From: an uncultured Spirochaetota bacterium | GTDB lineage: Bacteria > Spirochaetota > UBA4802 > UBA5550 | Reading direction: 5' to 3' | Length of the DNA stretch: 64,000 nucleotides | Assembly: GCA_963827275.1 (NCBI GenBank) | Contig: CAWHAA010000005.1 | Span: 480,001-544,000 of the forward strand | In this document: positions 46,305 through 56,020 of the stretch, one piece after another | Layout of the letters: each line of letters starts with the position of its first letter | Position numbering within the stretch: the stretch's first letter is position 1 | Position numbers and translations under genes: made by a program | The notes under the pieces: model-generated | What the model was told of the DNA's origin: nothing | The model's database searches: none | Seen by the model: the letters and a program-made list of their open reading frames with translations, nothing else

Positions 46305-46334
46305 TTGACAGACAATAGACGACCGGTCTATTAT
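46305..46334 (+). promoter_or_regulatory. Sigma70 promoter overlapped by a NemR-like TetR operator
   Basis: TTGACA 46305-46310 and TATTAT 46329-46334. Palindrome AATAGAC-gaccg-GTCTATT at 46314-46332 resembles the TAGACC-n-GGTCTA NemR-type box. Confidence 0.75.
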
Positions 46335-46353
46335 CATGAAAGAGATTCACCCA

Positions 46354-46944
46354 ATGCCCAAAGAAGACACCAGACAACTCATTCTCAATCATGGGGCCAG
46401 GCTTGTACATGCCAGGGGGTTCGTGAACACCGGCATACAGGAAATCCTCAAGGCCTCATCCGTGCCCAAGGGCTCTTTCTACTTTTACTTCAAGAGCAAG
46501 GACGATTTCGGCCAGGCCCTGGTTGACCATTACAGCAAATTCATTTCGGCCATGTTCGACAGTTACCTGAAAGATGAAAGCCGCACTCCGATGGAGAGGC
46601 TGCGGCGCTTTTTTGATGATAGTTGCGCATTTTATACCGGCAACCGGTTCTCGAGCGGATGCCCCATTGGCAACCTGTCGCAGGAGATGAGCGACATTTC
46701 AGAGCCCCTCAGGGAAAAGCTCAAAGACGCATATTCAAAAATGAAATCCACCCTTCAGTCATGCATCGAGGAAGCGCGTGACCGGGGTGAGGTCAGTAAA
46801 AGCATGGACGCGGGAAATCTCGCCACCTTCATATTGAATGGCTGGGAAGGCGCGCTTATCGACATGAAGCTTTCAAAGAGTGTCACGCCCCTGGTTATTT
46901 TCGCGGACATGCTTTTCGGACATATCATTCAGGGCGAAAAATAA
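46354..46944 (+). CDS. TetR-family regulator (NemR/AcuR-like)
   Basis: GF..TGIQEIL..S.VPKGSFYFYF.SK, GCPIGNLSQEM, ILNGWEGAL. Confidence 0.93.
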   Translation: MPKEDTRQLILNHGARLVHARGFVNTGIQEILKASSVPKGSFYFYFKSKDDFGQALVDHYSKFISAMFDSYLKDESRTPMERLRRFFDDSCAFYTGNRFSSGCPIGNLSQEMSDISEPLREKLKDAYSKMKSTLQSCIEEARDRGEVSKSMDAGNLATFILNGWEGALIDMKLSKSVTPLVIFADMLFGHIIQGEK

Positions 46945-46964
46945 CCAGATACCGGAGGAGCCGC

Positions 46965-48047
46965 ATGGAAATTTATGAACAACTCAGGGACGTGCTCGAT
47001 TCGCACCCTACCACCGCGCCGAAAACCGAAACAATTATAAAGATCCTACAGACACTATTCACCCCCGAAGAGGCCGCAGTCGCCAGCGCAATGAGCTTCA
47101 AGGTCGCCGACATTAATAAAATTGCGGCAGCCGCATCACGCCCGGCGGGAGATACGGAACAGCTGCTCGAATCGATGGCAAACAAGGGGATCATTTATTC
47201 AAAAAACAAGGACGGCAATACATTATACGGTCTTGTCCCGCTCATACCGGGCGTGTTCGAATTTCCCTTCATGAAATCTGACGGTTCCCCAATGTATAAG
47301 CAGCTCGGCGAACTATGGGAAAAATACCATCACGAGGCCCTGGGCGCCTCCTTTTCCGGGAACCCCACCCCCCTCATGCGGGTCGTGGCGGTGGAGAAAT
47401 CAATCAAAGCGGAAAACCGGGTCCATCCCTACGAAGAGGTCAAACGCTTCATAGACAACGCCAAATTCATCGCGCTTGCCGATTGCGCCTGCAGGACGAG
47501 CGTCGCCAAATGCGACAGGCCGAAAGACGTATGCCTGATCTTCGACGGCGCCGGTGAATTTCTTGCAGAACGCGGATTCGCGCGAAAGATCACCAGGGAA
47601 GAAGGAATGGATGTCCTCGACCGCGCTGAAAAGGCCGGGCTGGTCCACACCAGCAACAACAGCGCCGACAAGGCAAACCTGATATGCAACTGCTGTCCCT
47701 GCTGCTGCACGGTCCTGCGCGGCAAAACGCAGTTACATCATCCGCACGCGTTCGAGCCGAGCCGTTTCGGCGCGAGCGTCATGAGCGGCAATTGCACCGG
47801 CTGCGGCATCTGCGCCGATGAACGCTGCCCCGTGAAGGCCATCGAGATGAAGGACGGCGTCGCCATCGTCAACAAGGAGGAATGCATCGGGTGCGGCCTC
47901 TGCGTCACCGGCTGCCCGGCTGGAGCCATTGAGCTCGTCGAGCGGAAATCGGTCCCGCCCATTCCCGCAAACATTATGGAGATGGGCATCACGGTAGCGA
48001 AGGAGAAAGGAAAGTTCGATAAATTCGTCAAGATAATGCAGCGGTAA
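46965..48047 (+). CDS. wHTH-like + Cys-rich 4Fe-4S binding protein
   Basis: LFTPEEA...LESMANKG, CACR, CLIF, GLVH, ICNCCPCCC and two ferredoxin motifs. GGAGG RBS. Paralogue of 24618..25700. Confidence 0.9.
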   Translation: MEIYEQLRDVLDSHPTTAPKTETIIKILQTLFTPEEAAVASAMSFKVADINKIAAAASRPAGDTEQLLESMANKGIIYSKNKDGNTLYGLVPLIPGVFEFPFMKSDGSPMYKQLGELWEKYHHEALGASFSGNPTPLMRVVAVEKSIKAENRVHPYEEVKRFIDNAKFIALADCACRTSVAKCDRPKDVCLIFDGAGEFLAERGFARKITREEGMDVLDRAEKAGLVHTSNNSADKANLICNCCPCCCTVLRGKTQLHHPHAFEPSRFGASVMSGNCTGCGICADERCPVKAIEMKDGVAIVNKEECIGCGLCVTGCPAGAIELVERKSVPPIPANIMEMGITVAKEKGKFDKFVKIMQR

Positions 48048-48101
48048 GGGAGCCCGGTAACGGAACAGAATGGCGGGGCACGTTCAGGGCCCCGTCACCC
48101 T

Positions 48102-48800
48102 TCATTGTCCCATGCCTCCATTTACACCCTCTTCCTTTTCAAGCATCTCGATATTAAATTTTTCTGATGCCGATATATATTCCTCTCTTTTCACCATCTC
48201 GCGGAGGCCCTTCAGTGTTCTGTACGGGATGTCGCGGCTCGCAATATTAATGATAAAAACCGGGATAAAGCCTCCTGGATCGGCCCAGCAAATGAATGTC
48301 GCGTCAGTTTTTTCCGGTGAAATGCGTTTGAAAATCCACGTGCCGTACATCGAGCTGATGCGGACCCGCTTGTCATGCTGAGGAACGATTTTATCCGGCA
48401 GGGCGGAAACCCTGCCTACAATGGTCCCCTCTCGCAGGAGTATCTCGGTTGACGATTGAAGAATAATATCCCTGTCCAGTACCGGCCAGGGCATCCCGAG
48501 AGTAAAATAGAGAAGGCAGGAAGTGGCGGTCGTACAGCCGAATTTCCGCGCCTCAACGCAATTAGCGACCCAGCGGGGATATGACGCCACATCGAGCATG
48601 ACTTGAGCAACGACTTCAAGCGGCGCGTCCAGCACGCACTCGCCCTTCAGTTCATCTATGGGTGAACCGGGCACCCTGTTGGCATAGATCCGTATATCAT
48701 TCTTCTCCAGCAGCATCTTCCATGCGCCGCTACCGTCCTGTGCAGGGAACGCCGCAGAGGCAAGGAGCAGCATCCCGCATAATAAGTTCTTCACCATCAT
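48102..48800 (-). CDS. Exported START-domain lipid-binding protein
   Basis: Signal peptide, W......I.IY, D...YP.WV, PWPV.DRD, DPGG.IP..IN. Confidence 0.85.
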   Translation of the reverse strand: MMVKNLLCGMLLLASAAFPAQDGSGAWKMLLEKNDIRIYANRVPGSPIDELKGECVLDAPLEVVAQVMLDVASYPRWVANCVEARKFGCTTATSCLLYFTLGMPWPVLDRDIILQSSTEILLREGTIVGRVSALPDKIVPQHDKRVRISSMYGTWIFKRISPEKTDATFICWADPGGFIPVFIINIASRDIPYRTLKGLREMVKREEYISASEKFNIEMLEKEEGVNGGMGQ

Positions 48801-48829
48801 CTCCGGTCACCCCCGAAAACAGTGTACTC

Positions 48830-49621
48830 TCACCTGGCGATGCTCTCCATGATCCGATTAATTGACGAATCGATAAAAACCGGATCGGTAATGGTCATTT
48901 TAATCAACCCTGCGCGACAGGCCCTGACGCACTTTCCGCACTTGATGCAATTGTTATTTATAACGACCCGGCCATGTACGACCGAAATGCCGCCGGCGAA
49001 ACATGACGATACGCATGCCCCGCATCCCGTGCAACCGTCCCGCACCTCGATGGTAACGCAGTCAAGCCCCCGCATCCTCTCCCTGATGGGCCCGCTCAGC
49101 CTGGGCAGGATCCTGAAAAAACAGCAGCACTCGCAGCAATTGCATATCGTCATGAGCGTATCGGATGGCGCACAATTCAGCATCAGAGAATCAAGCCTGT
49201 TTAGGCCGATCATGTGCACCAGGCCCGCCTCTTCACAGCGCCTGACGTGCTCCAGGGCCTGGCCAACGGTGGCCATCCTGCCCAGGTCCTGGTTGAAGTT
49301 TTGAACCGCCGGGCCGAGATAGATGCACCCGAGATCTTTCGGATAGCTCCTGCAGTTTTCGGCCGTCCGGCACACGCATCTATCCTTTATCCAAATATAT
49401 TCTGATTTCATGATAAAATGACGTATGATATCCGAGGGGAGCGCCACATGCTCATGCGGTTCCAGCGAGGCATTGATGGGGATAAACGTGACATCATCCT
49501 TGTCAAAAAAGAGCCTGTAAAGCCAGGTCCCCACGAAGGGAACCCTGGTAATATTTGCAAACAGGAATATCTTTTTAAAAAACCTGTTTATCAGTTTTAC
49601 CTGCCATCTGGGTCGTGACAT
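48830..49621 (-). CDS. Cys-rich 4Fe-4S binding protein
   Basis: CVCR, CIYLG, GLVH, ICNCCECCC, CTGCGACVSSC, CIKCGKCVRAC. Confidence 0.88.
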   Translation of the reverse strand: MSRPRWQVKLINRFFKKIFLFANITRVPFVGTWLYRLFFDKDDVTFIPINASLEPHEHVALPSDIIRHFIMKSEYIWIKDRCVCRTAENCRSYPKDLGCIYLGPAVQNFNQDLGRMATVGQALEHVRRCEEAGLVHMIGLNRLDSLMLNCAPSDTLMTICNCCECCCFFRILPRLSGPIRERMRGLDCVTIEVRDGCTGCGACVSSCFAGGISVVHGRVVINNNCIKCGKCVRACRAGLIKMTITDPVFIDSSINRIMESIAR

Positions 49622-49828
49622 CGCCTGCCCGCCATCACCAATACGGGCGGCACCCATCACACAGCACTTATTTTCCCATCATCGATCACATGCTGATGAA
49701 GCCCGGCCCCGGCTCATTGGTTGATATTTAATCTTGAAGTAAATTATACCTCGCGGCAGGCGGGAGCATCCAATCAAAAGACGAAATTTCATGAAATTGA
49801 CTTATTGCATGAACCGGCGTGAAGTGAT

Positions 49829-51385
49829 TTATTCCGGGGCGTTCCGTGGCTGATTCCGATAGTCACTCGGGGTTATACCGGTGACATACTTAAACGCCCT
49901 GTTAAAAGTCGACAGGCTTTCAAAGCCCACCGAGAGGGCGATGTCGATTACCTTGTTGTTTTTATCATCCAGCTTCTTCATCGCGTCCCTGATTCTCAGC
50001 TCGTTGATGTACTCGTTGATTTTTTTACCCGTATATTTCCTGAAGAGCCTGCTCATATAGTCAGTGCTGATGTCAATCGCCCCGGCCAGGCCTTCACGGG
50101 AAATGTCCTGTGCGTAATTCTGGTCGATGAAGTCAATAACTGATTTGAGCTTGATCTCGGTCATGTCCGTTATTATCGGGCCGTTATCTTTTTTTTCAGG
50201 CCTCCCGAGCGTCTTGTACAGGAGCTCCATCCTGACCGTGCTTCTCATCAATTCCCTCGAGGCGAGGATCATGAAGACGATCACAAAAAATGGCGAGCCG
50301 TAGATAGGCGCCAGGAACGCAAACGGCATGTCCGCGATGAAGGCCACAACCTCATAACCGCCGACCAATCCCGCGGTCAGGATGAGGAGCACCAGCATGT
50401 AAAACTGGAGCCGGTCCTTTTTTATGGTATTGATCATATTCAATATCCATATCGACAGCGGGACGATAATGACGATCCCCGCCAGCAAGGCAAACGGCGA
50501 ATAAATTTCAACGATCTTCCTCTCGGCGAACAGGATCAAAAGCGATGTTGCCGTGCAGGCAACCGCCGTTATCCTGATGAAGAACGACATGTAGACCCGA
50601 TAAAGGGACTGCACCGCCACGAAAAGAAAAACGCCGAAAACCGGGATAAGCGCAAGGTGTACCACGGGCACAACAGACCCCGTGTAGCGGACAGGAATGA
50701 ACTCGAAGAGGATATACAGGATGAAAAGCGTCAGCACCAGGGAGCCGTACGCAAGGACCCGCGCCCACCTGTTCCAGGCAAAGAAGATCATCGGCGGAAA
50801 AAGAAGGCTAAAATTAAATATCAGGATCGCCAGGGGAAGCTGGGTAAAAACAAGCTCATGTATCATCTGTTCCCGGGCAAAGGCATGCACATCCACGACG
50901 TAAATATTATTCGCCGCAGGGACATACCCCCCTGTCATGGAAGCCCTGACATGGACGGTATTGGCCCCTTTTCGTAACATTGCGCGTGGAACGGTATAAT
51001 GTAACGGGGAATAGACGTTTGCGAAACGAAGTTCTTCTGGCCTTTCGAGGGCCGTTCCATTGACAAAAACCTTGACCTCCCGGTCTCTTCCCATGACGAT
51101 GACGCCGCAGCTGTCCCCGGGAACGATTGCAAGATCAAACCGGGCTTTAAGCCAGATTTTTTCATTAGCGGGAGCCCTGAGGAGCAGAACATCCAGATCA
51201 AGTGGAGATCCCTGCTGGAATGCGCTCCAGGGGCCGCCAACCTGGCCCGGATGTTCCGCACCGCGCCCGGCCCTGTTGGATTCCCATCCAGTCAACGCCA
51301 TCCGTCCGCCGGTCTCACCGCGGCCGCAGCTGATGAAGACAGTGGAAAGAAGAATTATCATCAATATTTTTATACTATCGCGCAT
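49829..51385 (-). CDS. AraC regulator with lipoprotein-like signal, extracytoplasmic beta-domain and multi-TM region (7TM-DISM-like)
   Basis: ILLSTVFISC, VFVNG...L..G.N (jelly-roll-like), about 7 TM helices, then ISREGLA....STDYMSRLF...INELRI..A...L...IDIALSVGFESLSTFNRAF. Confidence 0.88.
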   Translation of the reverse strand: MRDSIKILMIILLSTVFISCGRGETGGRMALTGWESNRAGRGAEHPGQVGGPWSAFQQGSPLDLDVLLLRAPANEKIWLKARFDLAIVPGDSCGVIVMGRDREVKVFVNGTALERPEELRFANVYSPLHYTVPRAMLRKGANTVHVRASMTGGYVPAANNIYVVDVHAFAREQMIHELVFTQLPLAILIFNFSLLFPPMIFFAWNRWARVLAYGSLVLTLFILYILFEFIPVRYTGSVVPVVHLALIPVFGVFLFVAVQSLYRVYMSFFIRITAVACTATSLLILFAERKIVEIYSPFALLAGIVIIVPLSIWILNMINTIKKDRLQFYMLVLLILTAGLVGGYEVVAFIADMPFAFLAPIYGSPFFVIVFMILASRELMRSTVRMELLYKTLGRPEKKDNGPIITDMTEIKLKSVIDFIDQNYAQDISREGLAGAIDISTDYMSRLFRKYTGKKINEYINELRIRDAMKKLDDKNNKVIDIALSVGFESLSTFNRAFKYVTGITPSDYRNQPRNAPE

Positions 51386-51698
51386 ATCACTTCGGATACT
51401 GTTCATTGAGTGGTCTGTAAAAAACAATCAGTGTTGAATAATACTTTTCATAAGTTGATAAATAATTGATTGTTATTGAATTATTGCAAGAAAAAATATC
51501 TTTCATGAGTATCTTTTCAGCAAAAACGCATAACCGATTGCATACAGCATATTCATTAAATTCATATTTTTGACAGGAACCAGATAGCGGGAGTATGCCA
51601 TGATAGTCAGAAAGGCCCACCTGATATATTTGATGGGCGACTCGACCGCTACTACTTCCCCGACACGGGAAGGAATTTCAATCATGGGAGGCGGTACT

Positions 51699-52235
51699 AT
51701 GAACGGACTGACAATAGAAGAATACCTGACGCACTACCTTCCCGGCCTTATCGGGAGATATCTATCCGAGGATCCCGTTCCAGACATGGAGGGGACGCTC
51801 TTTACGCTGCAGATAACCATTGCGGGGGAAAACGACCTCGTCTTTGGCATCACCATCAGGGACGCAAAACAGATAACTGTGACCCCCGGCGGACTGAAGA
51901 ATCCCCAGGTGGCTCTCCAGATCCCGGAACAGGCCATCAAGCCGCTGGTTAAACTGGTATCTTCATTAACGGGCAGGGGCCGGTACACCATACTCGAGAG
52001 GAGCAGGGGCTCAATGGATGTGGAGATTGTACAACCCGGCGGAGAGGACATACCGATACGCATGGTGTTTAACGGAAGCGAGGAACCGAACTTCAGAATT
52101 TGCGGATTGCCCCATGTTCTCGGGAAGATCGCGGCAGGATCGGTTGATCCGGCCCAGGCCTTCATGCAGGGGCTGATCACGCTGTACGGCGATTTCCCCT
52201 TCGCGCTCCAGCTTTCACAGCTGGTGCGAAAATAA
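51699..52235 (+). CDS. SCP2 sterol-carrier-like domain protein (probably two degenerate SCP2 units)
   Basis: GGAGG RBS. C-terminal G.VDPAQAFMQGLI.L.GD...ALQL is the SCP2 signature. Confidence 0.78.
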   Translation: MNGLTIEEYLTHYLPGLIGRYLSEDPVPDMEGTLFTLQITIAGENDLVFGITIRDAKQITVTPGGLKNPQVALQIPEQAIKPLVKLVSSLTGRGRYTILERSRGSMDVEIVQPGGEDIPIRMVFNGSEEPNFRICGLPHVLGKIAAGSVDPAQAFMQGLITLYGDFPFALQLSQLVRK

Positions 52236-52243
52236 CCGGCGGG

Positions 52244-53542
52244 TCACCTCTCGCGGTGTTCCGCCGGCCTGGCAGGCCCATGCGGACGCCTGCCCCGTTC
52301 AAAGTGCCTTCTATCATCGCGGGGGCGCCCTTCGCCTTCGGGCTTAGCGGCCGCTCCGCGCTCCTTCCAGTATTTCAGCTCCGCCGCGTGAGAGCCGGCG
52401 GCAGTGGAGATTATTTCGAAAAACAAAAGTGCGTTCGCAAAATGCGCGTTCCGCACAAAGCGCTTCTCAAACCCCTTCCCCTTCTTCGGGTCCGGGATCC
52501 TTTCAAGGCTTGACTGGCGCGCGACAAGGTTGCTGATCGCGTCCCATTCCCGGCGGGGGATCTTGAGACGGATTACGAGATCATTGAAGCGCTGGTGCAT
52601 TACGTTGAACGCGTCCTGGAAGCCGCGCTTGTCGCCCATCGCCTCTGCGAAAAGGTCATTGAAGAGCACCGCGAGGAGCACCGCGACAGGGATCTCCTCG
52701 CCCGCGGCGCGGCGGCGGTCAACCACCGCAAGGCGGGACTGAAGGCCCGGGTGCCTCCCGAGATCGATCTCGGGGATCCAGTGCCGGAGTATCCCGAATT
52801 TTTCCAGGTTCTCGAACGTGCCGGCGGAGGCGGCACACCTGAGTATCTTGAACAGCTCCTCAAGCATCCGGTGTGCATTGGCCTGCGCGATAAGCGGGGC
52901 GCTGGCGAGCGCGGCCTTCATGTCCCGCTTTGCAGGCTTGAGGCCGAGCTGTGCGCAAAAGCGCGCGGCGCGGATGATGCGCACCGGGTCTTCCTTGAAG
53001 CGCACCATGGGATCGCCGACCGAGCGGAGCGTCTTTGTCTTCAGGTCTTCCAGGCCGCCGCAGTAATCGACGATCGAGCCGTTCGCGCTGTTAAAGTAAA
53101 GGCCGTTCACCGTGAAGTCCCGTCTCTGCGCGTCCTCCTCGATGGAACCGTACACGTTGTTCGCGGCAAAGCGGCCCTGGCCCTCGTCAGCCACCTGTTC
53201 CGGGTCAACCGCGGCCCTGAACGTGGCGACCTCCACGAACCTGTCATGGCTGATATAGACATGGGCGAGCCGGAAGCGCCTTCCGATCAGGAAGCAGCGC
53301 CGGAACAGCCGCTTGATCTGCTGCGGGCGCGCGTTCGTGACGATGTCGAAATCTTTCGGCGTTTTGCCGAGCAGAATATCGCGCACGCATCCGCCCACCA
53401 GGTATGCGTCAAATCCGTTGCCCCTCAGGCGGCCCATGATATCATGGACGTTCCGGTCGACCAGGTTCCGTGACATCGCGTGCCGTTCCTTCGGCACCGT
53501 AACGGGGAGCTTCTTTTTAAACAGGGAGGATAAAATTTTCAT
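52244..53542 (-). CDS. pcnB: Poly(A) polymerase I
   Basis: VGGCVRD..LG..PKDFD, PAP-specific LIGRRFRLAHV, EVATFR, DA.RRDFT.N, EDPVRIIRA. Confidence 0.9.
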   Translation of the reverse strand: MKILSSLFKKKLPVTVPKERHAMSRNLVDRNVHDIMGRLRGNGFDAYLVGGCVRDILLGKTPKDFDIVTNARPQQIKRLFRRCFLIGRRFRLAHVYISHDRFVEVATFRAAVDPEQVADEGQGRFAANNVYGSIEEDAQRRDFTVNGLYFNSANGSIVDYCGGLEDLKTKTLRSVGDPMVRFKEDPVRIIRAARFCAQLGLKPAKRDMKAALASAPLIAQANAHRMLEELFKILRCAASAGTFENLEKFGILRHWIPEIDLGRHPGLQSRLAVVDRRRAAGEEIPVAVLLAVLFNDLFAEAMGDKRGFQDAFNVMHQRFNDLVIRLKIPRREWDAISNLVARQSSLERIPDPKKGKGFEKRFVRNAHFANALLFFEIISTAAGSHAAELKYWKERGAAAKPEGEGRPRDDRRHFERGRRPHGPARPAEHRER

Positions 53543-53763
53543 AAGGGCTCTTGAAGTGATTTTTTTGCACTGTATCATTCCGTCTCATATTTGTCAATAC
53601 ACTCAGCGGATTGTTTTGCACAATTTATCGCATGATCGGAGCGATCCAGGCGCGCCATCAATACCCACCATGCCCCCGGATCATTATCGAACGGTCGTTG
53701 TACAATACATTCTGAATAGCAATGCTTTATATCTATCATTATCATCCCTGACAATATGTACAA

Positions 53764-53802
53764 TTCACCTATTATTAACAGAATCTTTATATTTTCTTTA
53801 TA
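53764..53802 (+). promoter_or_regulatory. Pho-box-like 11-bp direct repeats upstream of pit
   Basis: TTCACC 53764, TTAACA 53775, TTTATA 53786, TTTATA 53797. Confidence 0.65.
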
Positions 53803-53882
53803 AAATATGAGGAAAATTTAAATGAAAAGTTAAAAAAGCGCGCAGTAATAAGTATTTTAATTATATTACGCAAGGAATAGCG

Positions 53883-54872
53883 ATGGAAATTTATATAATC
53901 TTTTTGATCTTTCTCGCACTTGCTTTCGATTTTATTAACGGGTTTCATGACTCGGCAAACTCCATAGCAACCATCGTTTCTACCCGCGTGCTTTCTCCCC
54001 GCTACGCCGTCGCCTGGGCCGCCTTTTTCAACTTCATCGCATTTCTTTTCTTCGGCCTCCATGTGGCCGGCACAATCGGCAAGGGCATAATCGACATCGC
54101 CATCATGGACAATGAAATCATCCTGGCGACCCTCATCGGCGCCATAACATGGGACCTGATCACCTGGTACTTCGGATTACCCACCAGCTCATCCCACGCG
54201 CTGATGGGGGGCCTCATCGGCTCCGCGCTCGTCAAGGCAGGCACGAGCGCCCTTGTATGGAATGGCATCATCAAGACGGTAATCTTCATCTTCGTGGCCC
54301 CGGTGCTCGGGCTGGTCCTTGGACTGGGTATCGGCACCATCGTGTACCGCGCCTTTCGGAACAAGGCGCCGGGACAGGTGGACCATCTCTTTCGAAAGGG
54401 CCAGCTCATTTCAGCGGCGCTCTACAGCCTCGGGCACGGAGGAAACGACGCGCAGAAGACCATGGGCATCATCGCGGGGCTGCTCTTCAGCGCGGGCATG
54501 CTCCAGGGCGCCTTCCACGTCCCGCTCTGGGTCGTTCTCTCCTGCCATGGCGCCATAGCGCTGGGCACCATGTTCGGCGGATGGCGCATCGTGAAGACCA
54601 TGGGACAGCGGGTGGCCAAGCTCAAGCCGGTTGACGGGTTCTGCGCCGAATCGAGCGCCGCTACCACACTCTTCCTCGCTTCATTCCTGGGCATTCCGGT
54701 GAGCACCACGCACACCATTACCGGCGCGATCATGGGGGTCGGATCGCTCCGGCGCATGACTGCCGTACGGTGGGGCGTGGCGGGACAGATCGCGTGGGCG
54801 TGGGTGCTGACGATCCCGGCGGCGGCGCTGATAGCTGCCTCCGTTTATTACGCCGTTATCCTGATCAAATGA
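53883..54872 (+). CDS. pit: Inorganic phosphate transporter (PiT family)
   Basis: NGFHDSANSIAT, GLPTSSSHAL, HGGNDAQKTMG, GIPVSTTH. Confidence 0.95.
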   Translation: MEIYIIFLIFLALAFDFINGFHDSANSIATIVSTRVLSPRYAVAWAAFFNFIAFLFFGLHVAGTIGKGIIDIAIMDNEIILATLIGAITWDLITWYFGLPTSSSHALMGGLIGSALVKAGTSALVWNGIIKTVIFIFVAPVLGLVLGLGIGTIVYRAFRNKAPGQVDHLFRKGQLISAALYSLGHGGNDAQKTMGIIAGLLFSAGMLQGAFHVPLWVVLSCHGAIALGTMFGGWRIVKTMGQRVAKLKPVDGFCAESSAATTLFLASFLGIPVSTTHTITGAIMGVGSLRRMTAVRWGVAGQIAWAWVLTIPAAALIAASVYYAVILIK

Positions 54873-54924
54873 TGATCCGGCAGCGCCAGACCCATAGTCC
54901 CGTTTTCCATACTGAAACGGATTA

Positions 54925-54941
54925 TTTATAAAATCTTTACA
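54925..54941 (+). promoter_or_regulatory. Pho-box-like pair upstream of 55013
   Basis: TTTATA 54925 and TTTACA 54936 (11-bp spacing). Confidence 0.45.
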
Positions 54942-55012
54942 ACGACCGGTGTCATCGTTGATATACTCCAAATAGATAACGGCATCATTCACTGTTATCA
55001 CGGAGGCCCCGC

Positions 55013-55795
55013 ATGAAACGTTTGAAGCCATTTATATCGATGCTATCCGGATACTCCGTATTCCTGCTTACATACACGTTGGTCGCGCTCCTGCCTCACA
55101 TGTTCGGCACTCAGGTAGAGCCCTTTGCGCAGATCGGGAAACTATTCCTTGCATGCGGTATCATCGGCATCCTGCTTCCGATTCTCACTGCGAGAAAATG
55201 GAGCCTGCCGTACGACCAATCCTCCACTGCAATAAAAATCGTTATGGGGATCATTCTTTTATTCGCCGCACTCGGGATAGAAATCGCCTTTTACTCATCA
55301 TGGGTGGCAATAATCACAGATAACCCGAGCGACCTGATCCGCATAAAGCACGTCCTGTTCACGCTGCCGCTCTCCATAGCGCTCTCACTGCAGTTTTATT
55401 ACGTCATACCCCGCTCGGTCGAAAAAAGCTTCGGCACGCGCGCAGCGGCCGCGGTTAATGCGCTCGTCTCCGGCATTTCTTTTGGCATCATCATGTTTGT
55501 TGAAACGGGTTTTTACCGCATCGACCTCTTTTTCGTCATGACCGGCGTCGGCGTCCTCATCGGCACGGGCCTGTACCTGACGGGGAAGTTTTTCCTGACC
55601 TTCGTAGCGCTCTTTCTTGCAGTGTACGCCAATTCGCTGGCCGAGCTGCGATACGCCCATTATTCCTGGCCGATATCGATCGCGGGCTTTATTTTCTGCA
55701 TCGGCATACTGCTGGCGGCATTTCTGGTGCATATCAGAAATGCCGAGTCAGACAACCCGATCACTTCTCGGGAAAGGGATGATGCCACGCAATGA
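55013..55795 (+). CDS. Multi-pass membrane hypothetical protein
   Basis: GGAGG RBS and about 8 hydrophobic segments. Its layout is CPBP-like, but the EE/H catalytic motifs are absent. Confidence 0.75.
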   Translation: MKRLKPFISMLSGYSVFLLTYTLVALLPHMFGTQVEPFAQIGKLFLACGIIGILLPILTARKWSLPYDQSSTAIKIVMGIILLFAALGIEIAFYSSWVAIITDNPSDLIRIKHVLFTLPLSIALSLQFYYVIPRSVEKSFGTRAAAAVNALVSGISFGIIMFVETGFYRIDLFFVMTGVGVLIGTGLYLTGKFFLTFVALFLAVYANSLAELRYAHYSWPISIAGFIFCIGILLAAFLVHIRNAESDNPITSRERDDATQ

Positions 55796-55945
55796 TTCAT
55801 AATTTATATCGAAGCACGAAAATATTTTCATGAAATAATTATACACAATTGTCAATCGATCCCAATTCCTGCCTGCCGTAATCTGCCCGTTACTCATAAC
55901 CACATTAACATATGCCAGAGCCAGTCTCTGAACATCGAAAAAATA

Positions 55946-55984
55946 TTCACATTTTCTTTATGAAAGATTGATGATTTATTAACA
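55946..55984 (+). promoter_or_regulatory. Pho-box-like 11-bp direct repeats upstream of PHP-GT4
   Basis: TTCACA 55946, TTTATG 55957, TTGATG 55968, TTAACA 55979. Confidence 0.6.
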
Positions 55985-56020
55985 GCCGCTTGATATTTTT
56001 TAAATAAAAGGATTACAGTT

